Source: a virus
DNA length: 64,000 bases
Virus record (IMG/VR): IMGVR_UViG_3300030430_005376
Location: 32,001-96,000 of that record
Strand: one strand, 5' to 3'
Shown here: positions 28,080 to 36,079 of the stretch, one piece after another
Numbering within the stretch: position 1 is the stretch's first letter
Layout: each line of letters begins with the position of its first letter
The notes under the pieces: model-generated
The model's input: only the letters and a program-made list of their open reading frames with translations
The model's database searches: none
Told to the model about the DNA's origin: nothing
Position numbers and translations under genes: made by a program

Positions 28080-29044
28080 TTAATAGTGCCTTTTTTTAAG
28101 TTTTTTAGAAGATAGTTCCACCTTAAAAGATCAATCTTATCGATTGATGATTCTTTAAGGATTTTGTGTATAGTCATATTATCATACGCAGGAAGAAAAT
28201 TTTCAACATCACTTTCAATCTTTTCTATATGTGATAATGATAAGTTGTTTGTGTCAAGAAGAACTAACCGATTGTTTCTTTTAATCAAATCTTCGCTGCT
28301 AACAATTCTTTCAAATATTTTTGGACCTTTTGGTTTTTGCAATTGCTTTGCATCGGCAACTAAGTCATAGAGCATATATTCGTGGGACTCTGTTAACTTC
28401 TGGAAGCGTTTAGCAAGGCTTTTGTATGAAACACCTTTTACGCCCGGTATGTTGTCAGAACTGTCTCCTGCAATACTCTTTGCAAGGCAAAAGTTGTTGG
28501 GATGAATACCGAATCTGTCAATAATTTTATTTTTATCAACAAAAGATTTTAGCGTAGGTGACCATATAATTGTTTTGTCATTGACAAGCTGATAAAAATC
28601 GTGGTCTGAAGAGACTATCACAATGTTCTTGTCTTTGAGCAGGTACTTGCAAAGATAACCTATTGCGTCATCTGCTTCTGCGCCAGCCACATAAGTTTGA
28701 CACACAGGCAAACAGGCAAGTATTGATATCAAAGTCTTTAATTGAAAGTTTCTGTTTTGATATGTAGAAGGAATATCACTATCTTCATAGTATCTATTTA
28801 ATTTTTGAGGTTTGGAGTTTCGTTTATACTCTTTATACAGACCTCTTTTTTTCTTAGAACCTTCTCCTTCCCAGATTACTACAACACCTTCAGGTTTGCA
28901 TTTTTCAACTAATCGCATCATTGCATTAAAAAATCCTACAACGCCTCCAACGTGCTCTCCGTTTTCAGACATTGCAGGATTTGCTATGAAGTGCCTCGTA
29001 AACAAATTGAGGCCGTCAATAAGAATTATGCGATTCTTATACAT
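28076..29044 (-). CDS. 5'-3' exonuclease / flap endonuclease (T4 RNase H-like)
   Basis: LIDGLNL, EADDAIG, SSDHDFYQL, GDSSDNIPGVKGV. Confidence 0.9.
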   Translation of the reverse strand: MYKNRIILIDGLNLFTRHFIANPAMSENGEHVGGVVGFFNAMMRLVEKCKPEGVVVIWEGEGSKKKRGLYKEYKRNSKPQKLNRYYEDSDIPSTYQNRNFQLKTLISILACLPVCQTYVAGAEADDAIGYLCKYLLKDKNIVIVSSDHDFYQLVNDKTIIWSPTLKSFVDKNKIIDRFGIHPNNFCLAKSIAGDSSDNIPGVKGVSYKSLAKRFQKLTESHEYMLYDLVADAKQLQKPKGPKIFERIVSSEDLIKRNNRLVLLDTNNLSLSHIEKIESDVENFLPAYDNMTIHKILKESSIDKIDLLRWNYLLKNLKKGTIK

Positions 29045-30215
29045 CTACATCAAAGTCCATATCCAATTCGCTAGCAAGTGATTGAACTTCTTCATACGAG
29101 TCAGCGTCGATGTCGACACCTTCAATAGAACCAAGCTTTTTAAACATCGCAGACTCAGTCAAAATATCTACAGCTTCTTTCCAGTCATGACTTTCGACAA
29201 TCTCATTAAAGTTAGCTTTGTAAAATTTCTTTTCTGCAACTACTTCGCCTGTGTTTGTATCTGTCATGCTAATTGTTTTCCAAGCTCCTCCACCCTCGAT
29301 CTTGTACATGATGTTATCCTTTATGACATCATTGTCCTTGCAGTGTTTTCTGAGAAGATCAAACAACTCTTCGTGCTCTACGATGCCTTTTCCAAAGTGA
29401 ATTTGAAAGTGAACTTTTCTAAATGGTGGGGCAACTTTATTTTTGACAGTCTTTGCCCAAACGTTGATGCCGATCACATCATCTCCGTCTTTAATTGGTT
29501 GTCCAGCGCCTAGCTTAATCCTAATGGAAGAGTGAAAAGGAATGGCTTTGCCGCCAGGAGTTGTATCTGGATCTCCGTACATTACTCCAATCTTGGTTCT
29601 GATCTGATTAAGAATCACAAACAAGCTGTTAGTCTGTCCAATAATACCTGTGATTTTTCGCATGCCTTTTGAAATTGCCCTTGCTTGCAGTCCTATACTT
29701 TCTTTGTCGTAGTCACCCATAAGTTCTGCTTTAGGAGAAGAAGCAGCTACCGAATCCCAAATAACTGTGACTGGTACGTCTTTATCAAGCGCTTTTGCTT
29801 TCAATATTGTCTTTTCAGCAATTGAAAGAACTTCTTCAGTACAGTGTGTATCGACGTACACAAATCTTTTTGAAACATCAACGCCAAGCAATTGCAAGTT
29901 TTCAACTGAAGTTGCATTTTCTGTATCTATATAAACAACAATACCGCCCATAGTCTGGGTGCTTCTAGCTATCTGTGTAGCTATGTGAGATTTTCCAATA
30001 CTAGGTGGGCCGAATATTTCGACAATTCGACCTTCTGGTAAACCTCCGTTAGGTTTATTTGCGCAAATCCAATCTAATTGTTTAGATCCGTTACTTATCC
30101 ACCTCTTTACATGAGTCGGACTTTCATCGACAGCTAAATTGTAAGCAACTCTAGATCCTTGTTCTTTATTTAGCGACTTAATTAAGTCTTTGGTAAAATC
30201 ATCGTTTTTAGACAT
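29037..30215 (-). CDS. recA: RecA/UvsX recombinase
   Basis: GRIVEIFGPPSIGKS, YIDTENA, WDSVAA, NQIRTKIG, TTPGGKA. Confidence 0.92.
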   Translation of the reverse strand: MSKNDDFTKDLIKSLNKEQGSRVAYNLAVDESPTHVKRWISNGSKQLDWICANKPNGGLPEGRIVEIFGPPSIGKSHIATQIARSTQTMGGIVVYIDTENATSVENLQLLGVDVSKRFVYVDTHCTEEVLSIAEKTILKAKALDKDVPVTVIWDSVAASSPKAELMGDYDKESIGLQARAISKGMRKITGIIGQTNSLFVILNQIRTKIGVMYGDPDTTPGGKAIPFHSSIRIKLGAGQPIKDGDDVIGINVWAKTVKNKVAPPFRKVHFQIHFGKGIVEHEELFDLLRKHCKDNDVIKDNIMYKIEGGGAWKTISMTDTNTGEVVAEKKFYKANFNEIVESHDWKEAVDILTESAMFKKLGSIEGVDIDADSYEEVQSLASELDMDFDVDV

Positions 30216-30236
30216 TCAGTTCTCCTAATTTATACG

Positions 30237-30265
30237 ATTATACAGAAAATTAGCAAATCTTACAA
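30237..30265 (-). promoter_or_regulatory. sigma70-type promoter TTGTAA-N17-TATAAT for recA
   Basis: Exact spacing; a TTGACA lies 10 nt further upstream (30270-30275). Confidence 0.75.
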
Positions 30266-30292
30266 GCGTTGTCAAACTTAATTTAAAAAAAA

Positions 30293-30316
30293 GAAAGACA
30301 CCTTTCGGTGTCTTTC
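30293..30316 (-). terminator. intrinsic terminator, GAAA tetraloop, after ssb
   Basis: GAAAGACACC-GAAA-GGTGTCTTTC followed by a T-run. Confidence 0.9.
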
Positions 30317-30336
30317 AGCATAAGTTTTTCTAATTT

Positions 30337-31128
30337 TCAGTCCATCAAGTCTGCAAAAGCATCATCTAAGCTTGAAAACTTTTCGCTCTTGTTAGACTCA
30401 GCGGAAGTATCATCGCTTGTTGATTCATTTGTGCTTGTTGGGTGTTCAGTTCCCTCACTCGACATAGTGTCATCATCACCATTGATCCACTTCTCAAGAA
30501 TTCCTGAGATCTCGTCGTAAGACTTGAGCGTGTACAAGTCTTCCACTTTAGGAATATTTTCAAGCCACTCAGATGCTTGCTTTGACTTTGTAGAAAGCTT
30601 TGTCACTTTACCTCTAGGCATAACATCAGTCATGGCATACTTTTTACCAGGAGGTTTGGTGCAAACAACCTTAATGTCGCGGCCTTCGAGGGGATCAGTA
30701 ATATCACCGTAATCTTCATCAAGCATGATCGATAGAAGCTTTTGATACACAGTCTTGCCAAAACCCCAAATCTTTACACCTTCATCTTCTTGTCCGCGGA
30801 CAACAACTGCAGCATAAGTGCGCATGTTCGGGTAAAGCTTCTTAGCCATCTCGTAAGACTCAGGTGAGCCTTCTTCTCTAAGTTTTCCAATCAACTCTTG
30901 AACTGGATCTTTCTTTCCAAACTGGTACGGGGCCACTAAGCCTCGTGCACCTGGAATATTGTAGTACCACTGTACTTCCTTAAAAGGCTGACCATCGTTG
31001 TCAGGAAAAGAAATAAGCCTCACAGTGTGTTCTTCACCTTCAACAGGCTTCCAGGTTGAATTACGGTTCTTGTTTGCGCCGCTAAGACGCTCAAGTTTGC
31101 GTTTAATCGCGTCAAAATCTATTGCCAT
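30337..31128 (-). CDS. T4 gp32-like single-stranded DNA-binding protein
   Basis: WKPVEGEEHTVRLI, KIWGFGKTVY, DYGDITDPLEGRDI, acidic tail SSLDDAFADLMD. Confidence 0.85.
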   Translation of the reverse strand: MAIDFDAIKRKLERLSGANKNRNSTWKPVEGEEHTVRLISFPDNDGQPFKEVQWYYNIPGARGLVAPYQFGKKDPVQELIGKLREEGSPESYEMAKKLYPNMRTYAAVVVRGQEDEGVKIWGFGKTVYQKLLSIMLDEDYGDITDPLEGRDIKVVCTKPPGKKYAMTDVMPRGKVTKLSTKSKQASEWLENIPKVEDLYTLKSYDEISGILEKWINGDDDTMSSEGTEHPTSTNESTSDDTSAESNKSEKFSSLDDAFADLMD

Positions 31129-31141
31129 TGTTTTCTCCTTT

Positions 31142-31182
31142 AATGTTTAATGTGCAATGTTTAATGTGCAATGTTTAATTGC
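31142..31182 (-). repeat. about 3 x 14-bp tandem repeat (ATTAAACATTGCAC on minus strand) forming the ssb 5' UTR
   Basis: Two exact units at 31142-31155 and 31156-31169, plus a near copy at 31170-31182. Confidence 0.9.
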
Positions 31183-31188
31183 TTAAGC

Positions 31189-31217
31189 ATTATACTAAAG
31201 GAGTGATGTTTGTACAA
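31189..31217 (-). promoter_or_regulatory. sigma70-type promoter TTGTAC-N17-TATAAT for ssb
   Basis: Exact spacing, directly upstream of the repeat leader. Confidence 0.75.
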
Positions 31218-31224
31218 AATTTAA

Positions 31225-32331
31225 TTATAAGGGCAAGTGTCTGCTGGCTGCAACAGTTTGTAGGTCGCGACCTGTACCCCGGATATTGTCAACGGTTTGT
31301 GTAAAAGTAGCACCGCTATCAGTGCTTTCATATATGTCGCCTCCTTTCGTCACAATCATCCAAGTGTGGCCATCTGTCGTTATGTCACGTATATCAGCTC
31401 CATTGTATGCTGGTTTTGCTAGATTGCTTATCGATGTACCACTAACATCAATCCTAGCAATCTGGTCTCTTCCATTGGCAACTATTACAGCCCGGCCATT
31501 CGCTGCTGCTATGCTCGTTCGCGCGAGAGGTACATTAATGTCCCCTCCGTTGTCCTCGGGCTTATCGATCGTGAGATTAAATTCAGCGCTCCAAGTGGTC
31601 AAGTCCGAATCTGCTGCCGTCCTTGCGCGTAGGTTGGATGCATCGGGCCGACCGTACACCACAATCCAAGTTGAATTTGTGTATGCGACTCCGCTAATCG
31701 AATGGAATTGAAAGGGCTGTGATGAAGAGAATGAAGCCCCATCGTCCGTGCTAACAAGTAAATGACCGTCACCACCGCCACCAACGGCATTCGCCTGACC
31801 GGTTACAAATTTACCGCTTCCATTTCCAGCAATCGAAAGAATTGATTTACCGCTGTCATTTGGCACAGTGATTTCGGTAAAAGTCGAAGCGCCATCGGTA
31901 CTTCGGTAAACATGACCATTTCTTCGACCAACCATCCACACACCTGATGTAGAGTTTGTTGAATCATTGGACCATGTGACAGCATCACAAAATCGCGCAC
32001 CGCCGTCAACTAGATTAAGACCTGTCCACTGAACACCATCAGTAATATCGTTAGAGCTAATAGCAAGTTCGCCTGGGGTGGTGCTTGAGGATTGGGAGAA
32101 TACATAGATACCGTTTCCACTGCCGTCCTTTCCATACGCTCCATCAAGTGACGAAGAATTGTTGGGGCTTTTATCGTAAAAAGTCCATGATGTTCTATCA
32201 GTGTTGGCGGCGTAACCGATGTCACCCGTACCGGAAGCTTCTCCAACAACCCAATAAGTTGCTGGAGGATTGCCATTTTTAACAGATAAAGAACCTCTTA
32301 AATTTAACTGCCCTTTTAGAATTACACTCAT
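31225..32331 (-). CDS. beta-propeller protein with Asp-box/BNR repeats (paralog B)
   Basis: YRSTDGASTF, VSTDDGASF, YESTDSGATF. Confidence 0.75.
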   Translation of the reverse strand: MSVILKGQLNLRGSLSVKNGNPPATYWVVGEASGTGDIGYAANTDRTSWTFYDKSPNNSSSLDGAYGKDGSGNGIYVFSQSSSTTPGELAISSNDITDGVQWTGLNLVDGGARFCDAVTWSNDSTNSTSGVWMVGRRNGHVYRSTDGASTFTEITVPNDSGKSILSIAGNGSGKFVTGQANAVGGGGDGHLLVSTDDGASFSSSQPFQFHSISGVAYTNSTWIVVYGRPDASNLRARTAADSDLTTWSAEFNLTIDKPEDNGGDINVPLARTSIAAANGRAVIVANGRDQIARIDVSGTSISNLAKPAYNGADIRDITTDGHTWMIVTKGGDIYESTDSGATFTQTVDNIRGTGRDLQTVAASRHLPL

Positions 32332-32352
32332 TTTTTATTTTCTCCAAATGTT

Positions 32353-33441
32353 TTATAGGGGCAAATGCTTCGATGCTGCAACCCCAAAAATAGATGTTCC
32401 GGAACTGGCTGTGCCAGTGAGCATATCATCTACTGTCTGCGTGAATGTTGCTCCAGAATCTGTACTCTCATGAACATCGCCGCCGTTAGTTACTATCATC
32501 CAAGTAGACCCATCTGTTGTAATATCGCGAATGAGAGCTCCGCTGTATGTTGGATTTGCTAAGTTGCTTATCGTTGTTCCGCTCACATCAATCCTTGCGA
32601 TGGCAGCGACCTTATTAGATGTAATTACTGCTCGACCACTTGCGGCTGCAATGTTAGCCCGGGGTCCCGGATCGTGATCACCATCAGCCGCGGCAGGCTT
32701 GGCAATGCCAAGATCAACTTCCGAACTCCATGTCGTTAGATCAGAATCAGCAGCAGTTCTAGCAAAAAGATTACTTTGCCCACTCTTAGTATATGCCACA
32801 ACCCAAGTTGAGTTAGTATAAGCAACACCAGCAAGAGTTTCAAAGGTAAAAGGCTGAGATGCCGAGAATGAAGCACCATCGTCAGTGCTTATAAGCATTC
32901 TATCGGACTGACCAGTTACAAACTTGCCGCTGCCATTACCTGCTATTGAGTAAAGGGCAGTATTGTCATGCGAAGGCACTGTTATTTGACTCCATGTCGA
33001 TGCGCCATTAGTGCTGCGGTATAGTCTACCGACTGTGCTACCTGCTAACCAAACACCTGATGTAGAATTCGTCGAGTCATTAGCCCAAGCAACCGCCTGC
33101 ATTTTATTAACAGTAAGATTGCTGGGAAGATCTATCTTTGTCCACAGGTTACCATCTGTAATGTCAGTGGAACTGACTGTAAGTTCTCCGCTGCTGGAAC
33201 CGTTACCGAAAACGTATATGCCGTTGCCGCTTCCGTCTTTACCATAAGCACCATCGAGCGAATTACCGTTACCAGATACTCGATTGTAAATTGTCCAAGA
33301 TGTCCTGTCGGCATTGGCTGCATAGCCGACATCGCCAGGACCGGCTGCAAATCCAACAACCCAGTAAGATGCAGGCTGATTGCCGTTACTTACGACTAGA
33401 CTCCCTCTCAAATTCAACTGCCCCTTGAGAACAAGACTCAT
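32353..33441 (-). CDS. beta-propeller protein with Asp-box/BNR repeats (paralog A)
   Basis: YRSTNGASTW, ISTDDGASF, HESTDSGATF; collinear with paralog B. Confidence 0.75.
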   Translation of the reverse strand: MSLVLKGQLNLRGSLVVSNGNQPASYWVVGFAAGPGDVGYAANADRTSWTIYNRVSGNGNSLDGAYGKDGSGNGIYVFGNGSSSGELTVSSTDITDGNLWTKIDLPSNLTVNKMQAVAWANDSTNSTSGVWLAGSTVGRLYRSTNGASTWSQITVPSHDNTALYSIAGNGSGKFVTGQSDRMLISTDDGASFSASQPFTFETLAGVAYTNSTWVVAYTKSGQSNLFARTAADSDLTTWSSEVDLGIAKPAAADGDHDPGPRANIAAASGRAVITSNKVAAIARIDVSGTTISNLANPTYSGALIRDITTDGSTWMIVTNGGDVHESTDSGATFTQTVDDMLTGTASSGTSIFGVAASKHLPL

Positions 33442-33443
33442 TT

Positions 33444-34937
33444 TTACTTACCTCCAAAAGTTTTCCTCGCGTACTGCTTAAACGCATCTCTGTTTTTCTT
33501 GCTGTAAGGAAACGCCTTACCTCCAGATGTAGCACTCCTCTCACCCTTAGGTCCTTTTGTTGACATACCAAGCGGAAGAGTACCGATTGCTACAGCACCG
33601 CCTGCGCCAGAAAACTCTGTTATGTCTTCTTCTTCTGACTCTTCTTCTTTGCTATCTTCTTTTTCTTCTATTAAGTACTGCAAAGATTTGTCTCTTAGGC
33701 TTTCTTCAAAAAGACTTGTGTCACCAGGATCGGTAAAAAATAACTTTCTAATAAAATCACTTGAACCTGAATCCACTGAAGCAGAAGGTGAATCATCAGG
33801 CCCTTCTAAAGAATCTGAGTATTCTTCAGGTGAATCTGCACCTATTTCTTCTCTTGAGTCTTCTAATTCTTCTCTTCTAGATTCTATTTCTTCTTCTACT
33901 CTTTCTTCAAAAGAGAGCTCATTTCTTGGAGACTCATAGTCGTAGCTGTCGGCGCTGTCACCTGGCTGTAAAATCCTGTATCTATACACAAAATCTTCTT
34001 CTGGAATGCCGACGCCAATAGCTACTTCTTTCTGAATGTGGTAGTCTTCCATTAGATCACCCAGCAACATAATTCTTGAGATGGTTCCCATGATTAATGA
34101 CTTATTTTCTTCAACTTTTTCAGGAACAAAGTCAGAGTTAAACAACTTCATTGCCATCTTGACAACAGGGGCGACCACACCATAAAAAGAAACTCTTCTA
34201 ACAGACTTGGCTGTAAACTTTCTTCCGGCTGCAGCGATAGAGTCTACTTTTGAAAAAGTAAAGTAAGTCTTTAAGAAAGTAACTACTTTTTTATAACCGT
34301 TAACAATACTAATAAGCACGCTGGTTGCTTCGGCTGCTGGAGTAGGTTCAGGTATTAATTCTATTATTCGTTGAAAAAGATCGATAATATCTGTCATGAG
34401 TGCATCAAATATATCAGACATTTTTTCTGCTGCTTGATCGTTTGGCCTGCTTAAAAATTGACGTACAATTTCATCAGCTCTTTGTCGACCTTTTTTTATT
34501 TCATAAAGATTCTTAGCGATAAACAGCAAGCTGGTACCTGTTCCAACCGTTCTTGTAGGGTCCAGACCAGAAATTGTAGATGCTGTGAAGTCTCCAATAA
34601 GATCTATGCCTACATCACCTATGGTCGACAGCGCATCTCCTACGTCCTCATTCATTTTCATTGTATCTTGTAATGAGTATCTAGAATTCTCTACTACTAC
34701 GTCCTCATCTATTGGTTCTTCTTCAATGTCGTCTTCTAAAAGATCGTAATAATCACTTGGTACCAATGCCTGCATCCTCCTAGAAAAATTAGAATCTGCG
34801 CCTCGAGTGCCTAAGCTGCCTCTAGAGTGGGTCCCCAAGTCTTTGCCGTGGTAAAAATTACTACCTGGGCCAGGACCGCCGGCAAAAGTTCGGCGTTGAC
34901 TTCCGTAAGATTCTACTTTAGCTTTTTTATCTGCCAT
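33444..34937 (-). CDS. acidic hypothetical protein, possibly an internal head protein
   Basis: E/D-rich tracts, several (L/I)xE motifs, central helical hydrophobic block. Confidence 0.55.
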   Translation of the reverse strand: MADKKAKVESYGSQRRTFAGGPGPGSNFYHGKDLGTHSRGSLGTRGADSNFSRRMQALVPSDYYDLLEDDIEEEPIDEDVVVENSRYSLQDTMKMNEDVGDALSTIGDVGIDLIGDFTASTISGLDPTRTVGTGTSLLFIAKNLYEIKKGRQRADEIVRQFLSRPNDQAAEKMSDIFDALMTDIIDLFQRIIELIPEPTPAAEATSVLISIVNGYKKVVTFLKTYFTFSKVDSIAAAGRKFTAKSVRRVSFYGVVAPVVKMAMKLFNSDFVPEKVEENKSLIMGTISRIMLLGDLMEDYHIQKEVAIGVGIPEEDFVYRYRILQPGDSADSYDYESPRNELSFEERVEEEIESRREELEDSREEIGADSPEEYSDSLEGPDDSPSASVDSGSSDFIRKLFFTDPGDTSLFEESLRDKSLQYLIEEKEDSKEEESEEEDITEFSGAGGAVAIGTLPLGMSTKGPKGERSATSGGKAFPYSKKNRDAFKQYARKTFGGK

Positions 34938-34945
34938 AACATTAC

Positions 34946-36043
34946 TTAGGCACTTAGCTTTGTAACTTCTATAGGTAAAGTTAACTTTGATATGGGTTCG
35001 TAAAGTTCTTTTACATCTTTAATTTTTTCATACATTTCTTGATCGACATCAACGACCATGTCGTCATGAACTAAGTAACAGACATCTAAATTAAACTCCT
35101 CCACAAAATTTAAAAATGCCAAACTACAAAAATCCACCGCTGATGACTGAATCCATTTGTTAAGTATACTTTTGTCTGAGTGTATTGGTCTCCCGTAAAG
35201 ATTGTATATTGTGTCGCTTTTACTAAACTCTTCTTTCAACTCTGCTTCTATTTCTTCTATCTTAAAAAATTCTTTTATCTTGTCTAAAGTCTTTTTATTA
35301 CTCCCTAAAATTCTGCTTGAAGTGCTGTCTGATGCTCCGTAAAGTACTGATAAAATACCTCGTTTAAGTGTGCTTCTATCTTTTACATCTAAGTCAAGCT
35401 CAGAAGAAAGATACTCATAAATGTCTGGGTTTGATACTTCTCTTCCAATAGATCTTAAAAACAAGTTTGGTTCACAAGCTTTAAAATCTATGCTTACTAG
35501 AATATTACCATCTGTTTTTGATTTACAACTTTTACGAAACTCTTTTTTAGAAGTCAAGTAATTAAAACCTTTTTTAATTGTTGTTCTTCCAGTAACTCCT
35601 GCATGTGAGTACACGGGGACTTCTAAGTCTGTACCTTTAGAATCTTTAATTTGAGTAAGGTTTTGGTATAAAACAGATCTTTTTGGCAATATTTCTGTAT
35701 GATACGTTGTTACTTTATCTATAGAAAATCTTAAATCTTTGAGTAAGCTCTTGTCGAAATTATCACACTTTTTCTTACCTACCAACAGATCCCATCTAAC
35801 TTGCCTCTCAGTTATATTTAACTCTTCACAAAATCTATCAAAATAGAGTCTATAATCTTTTATTTTATCTAGATTTGATATAGTTCTAAAAGTGTTTATT
35901 TTACACATATCTAAATCTACACCATCATTTGAAAGTGCAACAATTTTTTGATTACCTTTTCTATTATATTCAGAAGGCAATATTAGATTCTTTGTCTTGA
36001 TTTTATCAAAGTTTCTTTTAAGCATAATCAAATATAGTGACAC
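34946..36043 (-). CDS. minimal family A DNA polymerase-like protein (start may be ATG 36025)
   Basis: Motif A SIDFKACEP, motif B KRGILSVLYG, NKWIQSSAVD, motif C LVHDD; no exonuclease motifs seen. Confidence 0.7.
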   Translation of the reverse strand: MSLYLIMLKRNFDKIKTKNLILPSEYNRKGNQKIVALSNDGVDLDMCKINTFRTISNLDKIKDYRLYFDRFCEELNITERQVRWDLLVGKKKCDNFDKSLLKDLRFSIDKVTTYHTEILPKRSVLYQNLTQIKDSKGTDLEVPVYSHAGVTGRTTIKKGFNYLTSKKEFRKSCKSKTDGNILVSIDFKACEPNLFLRSIGREVSNPDIYEYLSSELDLDVKDRSTLKRGILSVLYGASDSTSSRILGSNKKTLDKIKEFFKIEEIEAELKEEFSKSDTIYNLYGRPIHSDKSILNKWIQSSAVDFCSLAFLNFVEEFNLDVCYLVHDDMVVDVDQEMYEKIKDVKELYEPISKLTLPIEVTKLSA

Positions 36044-36060
36044 TAAAAATGCTTTTACAA
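36031..36060 (-). promoter_or_regulatory. candidate promoter TTGTAA-N18-TATATT
   Basis: Same -35 as recA; predicted start site coincides with ATG 36025. Confidence 0.45.
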
Positions 36061-36079
36061 TCTAGTATTTCAATGAATT

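Noticed and set aside
2324-30215. Inteins or introns in dnaE, nrdJ, helicase or recA
   Set aside because: Lengths are normal, and no intein splice motifs or homing endonuclease signatures were seen.
31142-31182. CRISPR mini-array
   Set aside because: Contiguous 14-bp repeats with no spacers and no cas genes.
31225-33441. Diversity-generating retroelement template/variable repeat pair
   Set aside because: Both copies are intact genes, differences are not adenine-specific, and no reverse transcriptase is present in the window.
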